From positions 1,560,001-1,592,000 of the forward strand of contig NC_007335.2 in assembly GCF_000012465.1 (NCBI RefSeq): 32,000 nt of DNA, given 5' to 3'. Below are positions 22,831 through 30,425 of the stretch, piece by piece; position 1 is the first letter of the stretch, and the number at the start of each line of letters is the position of its first letter. The notes under the pieces were generated by a model. That model did no database searches and was not told where the DNA came from. It saw only the letters and a list, made by a program, of their open reading frames with translations. A program made the position numbers and the translations under genes. Source of the stretch: Prochlorococcus marinus str. NATL2A (GTDB lineage Bacteria > Cyanobacteriota > Cyanobacteriia > PCC-6307 > Cyanobiaceae).

Positions 22831-23310
22831 ATGAATCAAGTTTTTGCTGGTGGTTTAGCTCTAATTATTGCTTTAATCCTTTGGAGTTCAAAAAAACAAT
22901 CCAAGGCATCAGCTTTTTTCAAATCTCAAAAGGATTCTTTTTCAAAAGCTCAGGTATCATCGGCTTTGGTAATCGAAAAGAGTTTACAAAAACAAAAATC
23001 AAAAAAACTGAATAATAACAAATCCAGGTTTTTTTCACCTCAACCTTCACTTAATTCAATAGAAACAAAAAAACAATTAAATAAATTAATCTCTAGCAAC
23101 CCCAATGATCGTCTATTAGCTATTCAAATTGCTAGTCAATGGAACAACAAGAAAGCATTACCTTTTTTAAGAAGAGGATTGAAGGATTCTGACAGTAGGG
23201 TTGTTATTGCTTCTGCTTCTGGAATTTCATCTTATAAAGGAAAAACTATTGATTTATATAAAAAACCTCAAGTTTCTAGACGTCCTCGAAATGTATCTCT
23301 AATCCGATAA
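22831..23310 (+). CDS. Hypothetical membrane-anchored protein with a HEAT-like repeat
   Basis: 159 aa, ATG start, N-terminal TM (FAGGLALIIALILW). The C-terminal DRLLAIQIASQWNNKKALPFLRRGLKDSDSRVVIASASGI resembles PBS-lyase HEAT-like repeats. Its 3' end overlaps the convergent GT2 gene by 43 nt. Confidence 0.55.
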   Translation: MNQVFAGGLALIIALILWSSKKQSKASAFFKSQKDSFSKAQVSSALVIEKSLQKQKSKKLNNNKSRFFSPQPSLNSIETKKQLNKLISSNPNDRLLAIQIASQWNNKKALPFLRRGLKDSDSRVVIASASGISSYKGKTIDLYKKPQVSRRPRNVSLIR

Positions 23311-24230
23311 ATTGGTCTATTTTGACTTTCATGATAAGTGCGGATCTGAAGCTCTCCAAGTAAACCAAATCCAAAAAGTTGAACTCCAGTCACTGCAAGA
23401 AGTAAAGCGAAAATAAGTAAAGGTCTATTACCTATATCTTCTCCTAAAAGTTTGATGATTAATAGGTACAAGCTTGTTATGAAGCTCCCAATGATTGCAA
23501 GAATTCCACCAAAACCAAATACATACATAGGTCTAGTTAAAAATCTATTCATAAACCAAACAGTCAACAAGTCCATCAAGACTCTAAAAGTTCTATCTAT
23601 TCCATACTTACTAGATCCAAATTGACGAGCTCTATGATTTACTTTAACTTCCGTAATTCTAGCTCCTTCAATATTTGCAAGAACAGGCAAGAATCTATGC
23701 AATTCTCCATATAATCTCATATCAGTCAGTACTTCTTTCCTGTAAGCCTTTAAAGAACATCCATAATCATTAAGTCGCACACCAGTAACCTTCCCAATCA
23801 ATCGGTTAGCAATTTTTGATGGAAGCTTTCTACTTATCGCAGCATCTTGCCTTCGATATCTCCACCCACTCACAAGATCAAATCCATCCCTAATCTTATT
23901 AACTAATAACGGAATATCTGCAGGATCATTTTGCAAGTCACCATCAAGTGTAACAACTATCTCTCCAGAAGAAATATCAAATCCTGCTGCCATCGCTGCG
24001 GTCTGTCCATAGTTTTTACGCAGAAGAACTCCAACTAATTCTGGTATATCAAAGCTTAGTTTTCTAATCACCTCTGCGCTGTTATCTGATGAACCATCAT
24101 TAACTAAAACTAGTTCAAAAGTTTCCTCCATAGGCTGTAAAACTTCTAATAACTGATTCACCAAAAAAGGAAGACTTTCTTCTTCGTTATAGATAGGAAC
24201 AACAACTGATAGTGCAACATTAGAATTCAT
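23268..24230 (-). CDS. Family 2 glycosyltransferase (polyprenyl-phosphate sugar transferase-like)
   Basis: 320 aa with VVVPIYNEEESL, NDGSSDNS and DGDLQNDP (DXD), plus two C-terminal TM helices. This is the architecture of DPM1/ArnC-like GT2 enzymes. Confidence 0.85.
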   Translation of the reverse strand: MNSNVALSVVVPIYNEEESLPFLVNQLLEVLQPMEETFELVLVNDGSSDNSAEVIRKLSFDIPELVGVLLRKNYGQTAAMAAGFDISSGEIVVTLDGDLQNDPADIPLLVNKIRDGFDLVSGWRYRRQDAAISRKLPSKIANRLIGKVTGVRLNDYGCSLKAYRKEVLTDMRLYGELHRFLPVLANIEGARITEVKVNHRARQFGSSKYGIDRTFRVLMDLLTVWFMNRFLTRPMYVFGFGGILAIIGSFITSLYLLIIKLLGEDIGNRPLLIFALLLAVTGVQLFGFGLLGELQIRTYHESQNRPIYRIRDTFRGRLET

Positions 24231-24262
24231 TAAAACTCCTCATAAAGTTCAATTAATCTTCT

Positions 24263-25054
24263 TTAGAGTTTTTCACTCTGATAACAAGAGATTACTCTTC
24301 CAGCAGATCTAAATTTAGATCTGTAAAAAGAAGCAATTTTCCCAAGGTTCGGTTGAAATAAACCATCAATCTCTATTCCATTATGCCCATCAGTTACCCC
24401 AGAACTATGAATATAAAAACCATTCTCAATATGTAATCCAACGTGGGTACATTTTTCAGATGATCCAAAGAAAAGTAAATCACCAGGTTTTAAATATTTG
24501 TCTAAAACTTCAATATCCAATGCAATATTTTTGCAGAATTTTTCCTGCTGATAAGCATCTCTTGGTATCCAAATGCCTGAACTTGCAAAAGCAGATTGAA
24601 CCAAACCAGAGCAATCAAAATTTGGACCTATCGTTCCACCCCACAAATATTCATTACTCATTTTTTTCGCGTCCTTAGTCCAAGACAATATCGCAGGAAT
24701 CCTAGAAAAAATTCTCTCTTCAGTAAAAAATTCAAATTCCCAAGATTCTATTTTTGAAGCTTGATGAGTTAATTCAGAAAATCTAAACCAACAAATATAG
24801 TCATCTTCCAAAAGACGCACTTTAACTCTATCGATGAATTCCTTATCTTTAAAATTAGATCTTAAACAATCAATCAATTGAAAACTCCTACCAATACTTG
24901 CTTGTGTAACTAATTCATCACTATTTTCACTTTTAAATCCATCAATATTTATTCGCAGTTTCCATAAACTTCCCAAAACAAATGAAGCTTTAGTTAGCAA
25001 AACCTCTAAGGTCATATTGAATTCTTCTCGAGCGCTATGGCGTTCTACCGGCAA
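24263..25054 (-). CDS. NlpC/P60 family cell-wall peptidase
   Basis: It has the catalytic Cys motif FDCSGLVQSAF and a downstream His (THVGLHI), with an N-terminal SH3-like region. The start may instead be the internal ATG at 25015 (MTLEVLL), which would remove the overlap with the divergent gene. Confidence 0.85.
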   Translation of the reverse strand: MPVERHSAREEFNMTLEVLLTKASFVLGSLWKLRINIDGFKSENSDELVTQASIGRSFQLIDCLRSNFKDKEFIDRVKVRLLEDDYICWFRFSELTHQASKIESWEFEFFTEERIFSRIPAILSWTKDAKKMSNEYLWGGTIGPNFDCSGLVQSAFASSGIWIPRDAYQQEKFCKNIALDIEVLDKYLKPGDLLFFGSSEKCTHVGLHIENGFYIHSSGVTDGHNGIEIDGLFQPNLGKIASFYRSKFRSAGRVISCYQSEKL

Positions 25055-25930
25055 GACCCTGAGATGGCATATTGCCTGAAAGGTCTACTCGATAGATTTG
25101 AAAAAGAAGGTCGCCCATACCTTCAAGAAAACATTGCAATAACATGCATTCGTTATGACAAGCAAAGTCCATCTACATCTAGTGGATATGGGACAGGGTG
25201 GAATTCAAACAGATTTTTTTATCCTGCAAGCGTAGTAAAAATAGTTTATGCATTGGCGACTCAGGTATGGCTAGAACAAGACTTAATTGTTGACTCAGAA
25301 GAACTTAGAAGAGCCTTACATGAAATGATTGCAAACTCCAACAATGACGCCACAAGTTATATTGTAGATCTTTTAACAGGTACAACAAGTGGTCCATCTC
25401 TTAATAAGTCAAACTTTCAAGCATGGAAAATCCAAAGGCAATTAATCAACCACTGGCTAGACGAACTTAGATGGCCTGAAATTAAAAAGTGGAACTGCAG
25501 TCAAAAGACATGGAATGAAGGACCTTTTGGAAGAGAAAAAGATTTTTATGGAAAAAAGAATGAGAATCGAAACAGTATGACAACCGATGGGAGTGCCAGA
25601 ATCTTTGAATCATTAATGACTCTTGAAATGCTTCCAAAATTAGCAAGCGAGCATTTAATAAAAGTTTTTCATCGCTCACTCGACCCAGTTTCTCGCAAGC
25701 AAGACCCAGAGAATCAAGTAGATGGTTTTTTAGGAGCAGGCCTTCCTTTAGCTTCTAAACTTTGGAGCAAAGCAGGGCTAATGAGTGAAGTTCGCCATGA
25801 TGTCGCATGGTGGAAGTCGCCTAATAAGAATCCTATGCTTACAGTCGTCTTTACAACTGGCAAAGAATTAGTCAAAGATCAATTTTTGCTTCCTGCGCTT
25901 AGCAGTGAGTTAAACAAATTAGCTATTTAG
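25037..25930 (+). CDS. Serine hydrolase, class A beta-lactamase-like
   Basis: 297 aa with an SxxK motif in FYPASVVKIVYALA. Length and the N-D-A-T region (SNNDATS) are consistent with a class-A beta-lactamase fold. The alternative start at 25064 is possible. Confidence 0.55.
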   Translation: MAFYRQDPEMAYCLKGLLDRFEKEGRPYLQENIAITCIRYDKQSPSTSSGYGTGWNSNRFFYPASVVKIVYALATQVWLEQDLIVDSEELRRALHEMIANSNNDATSYIVDLLTGTTSGPSLNKSNFQAWKIQRQLINHWLDELRWPEIKKWNCSQKTWNEGPFGREKDFYGKKNENRNSMTTDGSARIFESLMTLEMLPKLASEHLIKVFHRSLDPVSRKQDPENQVDGFLGAGLPLASKLWSKAGLMSEVRHDVAWWKSPNKNPMLTVVFTTGKELVKDQFLLPALSSELNKLAI

Positions 25931-26057
25931 CAATAAGTAAAATTCCAGCGAATAAAATAGATCCCAAAAGAAATCCAACAGCCAAAAGCACTGCTATTAT
26001 TGGTGTATTTAAGTAAACAGATATAGTTGCGAGTTGATTACCCTTTGCTTCAGACAC
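25923..26057 (-). CDS. Candidate small single-TM protein (44 aa, GTG start)
   Basis: My manual translation is (V/M)SEAKGNQLATISVYLNTPIIAVLLAVGFLLGSILFAGILLIAK*. It has a clean hydrophobic helix, is below the track's size cut-off, has only a GTG start, and overlaps the preceding convergent gene by 8 nt. I recognised no homolog. Confidence 0.3.
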   Translation of the reverse strand: MSEAKGNQLATISVYLNTPIIAVLLAVGFLLGSILFAGILLIAK

Positions 26058-26179
26058 CTTTAAAACTCATAAAAATCACCTTGATTAAAGCATCTAACTC
26101 TGCCATAAAACAAAAAAAGTTTAACTGATAAAACAATTTTTAAAAAACCAAAGAATTTTCATTAACATCAAAAAATAGT

Positions 26180-26743
26180 TCAAATAAAATTTGATTTTGG
26201 TTTCTTATTTTGTAAGCTTTTAATATCTTTATTCCCTTCACTTTCTTTTATTGCATTATCTTGTTTATCAATCTTTTTATTTATTATTTTTTCATCAGCT
26301 TTCTTTAAATTATCATCTAATGAACTTATTTTAGTTGATTTTGCTAAGTCTTTTGTCTCAATATTTTTTTGGATTGTTGAATTCATAGAGTCTATATCCT
26401 TTAAAATAGTTATATCTAGAGCTTTATTTTTATCAACTCTTACAATACCGTTAATGTCAGAATTATTAAATAAATTAAAATCAAATCTACCTTTTGCAAA
26501 AGATACTGAGATAAATACTAGTATTGAACCTAGAATAATAATCAAAAAAATATTCGATAATAAACTATTTAGTGGAGACCAAAAAAATGTTACTTTAGCA
26601 ACTTCACTTGTTTGTTTAGATCTATCAGTAGAGGGACTTAAATCTAAAAATATATCTTGATTAATCCACCCTTTATTAGCTTTCCTATAGGGAGACTCAC
26701 TTTTAGTGAACTCAAAAACCTCTTGGATTCTTTCTTTAAGCAC
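26180..26743 (-). CDS. Hypothetical membrane protein with a Lys/Asp/Asn-rich C-terminal tail
   Basis: 187 aa. The GTG start is the first start codon, two codons after an in-frame TAA. It has a central TM (LSNIFLIIILGSILVFISVSF). I recognised no family. Same strand as, and 91 nt downstream of, the Lys/Ala repeat gene. Confidence 0.5.
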   Translation of the reverse strand: MLKERIQEVFEFTKSESPYRKANKGWINQDIFLDLSPSTDRSKQTSEVAKVTFFWSPLNSLLSNIFLIIILGSILVFISVSFAKGRFDFNLFNNSDINGIVRVDKNKALDITILKDIDSMNSTIQKNIETKDLAKSTKISSLDDNLKKADEKIINKKIDKQDNAIKESEGNKDIKSLQNKKPKSNFI

Positions 26744-26834
26744 AGGTTAGGTTTACCTAAAACTACAAGAACGAAAACATAGCAGAAAGTCAGAATAAAA
26801 AAGTTGCTTTTATATAGATATTCGTGAAATTGAA

Positions 26835-27680
26835 TTACCCAGCAATAAATACCATTGCAGAAACAAGAATAGCCGAAGCCAAAATCCCTATGGAGGCTAT
26901 TGACACGATCTTTCCAGTGTTTAATGAGACGGATACCGTTAACAATTCAGTTCTAGAGTCTCTTTTTTGTTGTGAATTAACTTGAGTTGGAGAATTAACT
27001 TTCTTACGGGCTTGAGCTTTTTTATCCGCTGCTGCCTTTTTCTCGGCTAAAGCTTTCTTAGCTGCTGCTGCCTTTTTATCTGCTAACGCCTTCTTATCCG
27101 CAGCTGCCTTTTTATCTGCTGCTGCCTTTTTCTCGGCTAAAGCTTTCTTAGCTGCTGCTGCCTTTTTATCTGTTAACGCCTTCTTATCCGCAGCTGCCTT
27201 TTTATCTGCTGCTGCCTTTTTATCTGCTAACGCCTTCTTATCCGCAGCTGCCTTTTTATCTGCTGCTGCCTTTTTATCTGCTAAAGCTTTCTTAGCCGCC
27301 GCTGCCTTTTTATCTGCTAACGCCTTCTTATCCGCAGCTGCCTTTTTATCTGCTGCTGCCTTTTTCTCGGCTAAAGCTTTCTTAGCCGCTGCTGCCTTTT
27401 TATCTGCTAACGCCTTCTTATCCGCAGCTGCCTTTTTATCTGCTGCTGCCTTTTTCTCGGCTAACGCTTTCTTAGCCGCTGCTGCCTTTTTATCTGCTAA
27501 CGCCTTCTTATCCGCAGCTGCCTTTTTCTCGGCTAACGCTTTCTTAGCCGCTGCTGCCTTTTTATCTGCTAACGCCTTCTTATCCGCAGCTGCCTTTTTC
27601 TCGGCTAACGCCTTCTTATCCGCAGCTGCCTTTTTATCTGCTAACGCTTTCTTAGCGGCTTGAGCTGTTTTCGCTTGCAC
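26835..27680 (-). CDS. Lys/Ala-rich tandem hexapeptide repeat protein with a C-terminal TM anchor
   Basis: 281 aa with a GTG start and an AAGGAAA Shine-Dalgarno-like sequence ~14 nt upstream. Residues 10-225 are ~36 consecutive KKA(A/L)A(D/E/A) hexads. The extreme C-terminus (IVSIASIGILASAILVSAMVFIAG) is a TM helix, and there is no N-terminal signal peptide. It is the only called ORF across the repeat. Confidence 0.6.
   Translation of the reverse strand: MQAKTAQAAKKALADKKAAADKKALAEKKAAADKKALADKKAAAAKKALAEKKAAADKKALADKKAAAAKKALAEKKAAADKKAAADKKALADKKAAAAKKALAEKKAAADKKAAADKKALADKKAAAAKKALADKKAAADKKAAADKKALADKKAAADKKAAADKKALTDKKAAAAKKALAEKKAAADKKAAADKKALADKKAAAAKKALAEKKAAADKKAQARKKVNSPTQVNSQQKRDSRTELLTVSVSLNTGKIVSIASIGILASAILVSAMVFIAG
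27006..27653. repeat. Tandem 18-nt repeat array (~36 units) with higher-order 72- and 90-nt periodicity
   Basis: Visible directly as reiterated GCTGC(C/T)GCCTTTTT(A/C)TC(T/G)GCTAA(C/A)GC(C/T)TTCTTA(T/G)CC blocks. It encodes the KKAxAD hexads and is visibly more GC-rich than its flanks. Confidence 0.9.
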
Positions 27681-27917
27681 TTTAAATCCAAAAATTTTCC
27701 TTATTCAAGCATCCAGATATCAATGATTTTAAAAATATTGGCTAGTTGCAATGAAGTAATGCAAAAGATTTTTTCGTATACGTAATGGTTTCAAATCTCA
27801 ATTTGGAATATATTCAATGATCCCATCTTTAATTATATGAACATGCTTAAATTGCTTTAATTAGTTAATCCTTTTACTTCGAGTCAATTTGGCGCTATAT
27901 GGACTTCTCTGACATCC

Positions 27918-28400
27918 AATAAGAACGGAGAGGGAGTAATTCCGATTAGAGCAAAAAGAACGGGACGGAACGGGTTCGAAATAGTTGTTGTGGGGAGAGC
28001 GGAAAAATCCCCCTCAAAATCCCCCTCATTAGAAAAATGTTAATTAAAAGCTATTATATTGAATTGTAGAATTACTGAACTTGTAAGTTCGAAAAAAGTT
28101 TTGACATCTCGTGATAAAGATCAAGGAAAAAAGAAAATCAAGAATGTTAAAACATACCCAGTTCCATTCACTTTGGAAGAAAAAAAGAAAAATATTACTT
28201 TTAATACAAACACGCCTTCTCAACCTTCTAAAGAACAAATAATCAATCAAGCAATTGAATTTCATTCACAAGGAAATATTCCAGAAGCGGCAAAATATTA
28301 TAAAAATTTCATCAATCAAGGATTCAAAGATGAGAGGGCTTTTTCTAATTATGGAGTCATATTAAAAAGTCTTGGTAAATTAAAAGAAGCAGAAATATCA
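27918..28400 (+). repeat. Direct repeat, copy 1 (leader + 5' end of TPR-oxygenase gene)
   Basis: It aligns base-for-base with 31517-32000 at an offset of 3599/3600 nt. By eye there are about a dozen differences, including one 1-nt indel (GCAAAAAGAA vs GCAAAAAAGAA). Confidence 0.95.
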
Positions 28401-29897
28401 ACTCGTAAAGCAATTGAAATTAAACCTGATTTAGCAGATTCATATTATAATCTGGGGATCATTTTAAAAGATCTTGGCAAATTAAAAGAATCAGAAACAT
28501 ACACTCGCAAGGCTATTGAACTGAATCCTAATTACGCAGAGGCTCATTCCATTTTAGGACTAATATTGCGAGATCTTGGTAACTTACAAGAAGCAGAAAG
28601 CTACACTCGCAAAGCTATTGAAATTAAACCTAATTACGCAGAAGCTTGTTCCAATTTAGGACTAATATTGAAAGATAGCGGCCAATTACAAGAAGCAGAA
28701 TTGTCATGTCGCAAAGCGATTGAAATTAATCCTAATTTCGCTGATGCGTATTCCAACCTGGGAGGTATATTGAGCGATCTTGGCAAATTAAAAGAAGCAG
28801 AGCTATCAGCTCGCAAAGCCATTGCAATTAAACCTAATTACGCAGAAGCTTGTTCAAATTTAGGAATAATATTGAAAGATCTTGGTAACTTGCAAGAAGC
28901 AGAAAGCTACACTCGCAAAGCTATTGAAATTAAGCCAAATTTCGCAGAGGCTCTTTATAGCCTGGGAAGCTTATTGATAGATCTTGATAAACGAGAAGAA
29001 GCAATGAAAAGCTTGTTAAAGGCAGTTGAATTAAAACCTGCATTAGATAAGGCAGTTAGAGACTTAGCCATTAATTTAAATTATGAAAAAAAATTTGAAT
29101 TAGCTTTAAAATATCTAAGCAAAAATGAATCTATTTCTTGTCAAAGCCTATATCTAGGCTGTCTATTATCTCTAGATCGAGAAAAAGAGTTTAATGAAAA
29201 ATATCAAGAACTATCTAAAAAGAGAGTCTGTAATGCTGAGATTGGAGGCATAATTGAGCATGCCAGTATTATTTACGAAAAAAAATATCATTCACCTTTC
29301 TGTAATCAAGCCATGAAATATGTCTTGTTTGAAAAAATAAATGAAGAATCATTCTCCACAAATGATCTAAACAAAATGATTTCTTATATAAAAAACGAAA
29401 AAACTATGATGAGGTATCAAGGTACTCTTCATAAAGGAATTCAAACTTCTGGAAATTTATTTTCATTAGATCTTCCATTTGTTAGGTCAATTAAAAAAGC
29501 CTTAGAAGAAAAGATTGAACTTTACAGAAATAAATTTAAAGATAGTGGGCAAGGCTTCATCCTTAATTGGCCCGAAAAGTATGAACTTCGGTCATGGATG
29601 ATAAGTATGAAAAACGGAGGATTCCTGGCACCTCATAATCATGAATATGGATGGGTTACTGGTAGTTTTTATCTACAGATTCCTAAATATAGTAATAATG
29701 ATAATCATTCAGGTGATATAGCTTTTAGTTATAAAGGTCCTAGATATCCTAATAAAGGTAAGAATTTTAATTTAATGATTAAGAAAATAGAAATCAGAGA
29801 TATTTGTATATTTCCTTCTTCTTTATTTCACCATACAATTCCATTTGAAAGCACAGAAGAACGGATATGTTTTGTTTTTGATTTAATACAGAAATAA
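28059..29897 (+). CDS. TPR-repeat protein fused to a putative 2OG-Fe(II) oxygenase domain
   Basis: 612-aa ORF. There are about 8-9 consecutive 34-aa TPR units (A..Y.NLG.IL.DLGKL.EAE...RKAIEI.P). The C-terminal ~200 aa carry APHNHEYGWVTGSFYLQ and FPSSLFHHT, typical of the uncharacterised PF13759-type 2OG-Fe(II) oxygenase family. The start is uncertain: TTG at 28059 per the track, TTG at 28101 as an alternative, and no in-frame ATG near the 5' end. Confidence 0.85.
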   Translation: MNCRITELVSSKKVLTSRDKDQGKKKIKNVKTYPVPFTLEEKKKNITFNTNTPSQPSKEQIINQAIEFHSQGNIPEAAKYYKNFINQGFKDERAFSNYGVILKSLGKLKEAEISTRKAIEIKPDLADSYYNLGIILKDLGKLKESETYTRKAIELNPNYAEAHSILGLILRDLGNLQEAESYTRKAIEIKPNYAEACSNLGLILKDSGQLQEAELSCRKAIEINPNFADAYSNLGGILSDLGKLKEAELSARKAIAIKPNYAEACSNLGIILKDLGNLQEAESYTRKAIEIKPNFAEALYSLGSLLIDLDKREEAMKSLLKAVELKPALDKAVRDLAINLNYEKKFELALKYLSKNESISCQSLYLGCLLSLDREKEFNEKYQELSKKRVCNAEIGGIIEHASIIYEKKYHSPFCNQAMKYVLFEKINEESFSTNDLNKMISYIKNEKTMMRYQGTLHKGIQTSGNLFSLDLPFVRSIKKALEEKIELYRNKFKDSGQGFILNWPEKYELRSWMISMKNGGFLAPHNHEYGWVTGSFYLQIPKYSNNDNHSGDIAFSYKGPRYPNKGKNFNLMIKKIEIRDICIFPSSLFHHTIPFESTEERICFVFDLIQK

Positions 29898-30425
29898 TAA
29901 TATTAAATCTATATATAAGAAATGCTTACCGAAATATAAAAAAGAAAAACTTGCCAAACTGGCCAAAGTTTGAAGTAAAATATCCCAAAAATCAAAAAGG
30001 AATCTATCAGTCTCTAATTTCTAAAGGCGAGTAAATAATTATTCTAAAGACGAGCAAAATCAAATGATATCACAAGGCCTTTACTTAAATCTTTCAGTCA
30101 AAAATGATTACTTACCTTAATTAATTGAGAAGTATTCATAACATTTATGATGTCCAAAGCGTATAGGAGTGCTGTGCTTCTTCAAGCATTTCTAAAACTT
30201 CTTGCTTACAAGCACATGATATTTGAGCAAGCAAGCAGATCATTTGGTAGGTTATTTTCTAATGCCGTATGAGATGAACAAAACCGCCTACAAAGTTGAT
30301 AATAATTTTGAGCGAGAGAAAGAAGGAAATCCTATCTCTCTTGGAGTAGAAGCACCTTCTTTGTAGGTCCTTTTTTAATGCCTTAAGTAATAAACAGACC
30401 ACACATATCCACCCAATAAACTTCA

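Noticed and set aside
22809-23015. 68-aa plus-strand ORF overlapping the start of 22831..23310
   Set aside because: It is an alternative frame of the same region. The 159-aa frame has an ATG, a TM helix and a HEAT-like C-terminus, whereas this one is Phe/Ser/Lys-rich junk.
26835-27680. Open plus-strand frame through the Lys/Ala repeat (would read AAAFLSANAFLSAAAFL...)
   Set aside because: The repetitive DNA keeps several frames free of stops, but this frame has no start codon and was not called. The minus-strand frame has a start, a Shine-Dalgarno-like sequence and a non-repetitive TM tail.
27968-27985. tRNA-like GGGTTCGAAAT (T-loop-like) sequence in leader copy 1
   Set aside because: The flanking bases do not form a T-stem or acceptor stem, and copy 2 reads GGGTTGGGAAT at this position. 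I found no cloverleaf anywhere in 26-32 kb.
27861-28040. Open frame through leader copy 1 (…NGEGVIPIRAKRTGRNGFEIVVVGRAEKSPSKSPSLEKC*)
   Set aside because: It has no plausible start codon. The 1-nt indel in copy 2 shifts the frame into an early TGA, so the element is conserved as nucleotide sequence rather than as protein.
28044-28265. 73-aa minus-strand track ORF at the 5' end of the TPR gene
   Set aside because: It is antisense to the TPR-oxygenase frame, which continues for 612 codons. Its translation is Phe/Ile/Cys/Arg-rich and not protein-like.
30404-30418. DnaA-box-like ATATCCACC and TTATTCCACCC sequences
   Set aside because: They match TTATCCACA at only 7 of 9 positions, or need an insertion. 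The location in an accessory spacer far from dnaA/dnaN makes an origin function unlikely. I kept them only as part of the TCCACCCAA motif observation.
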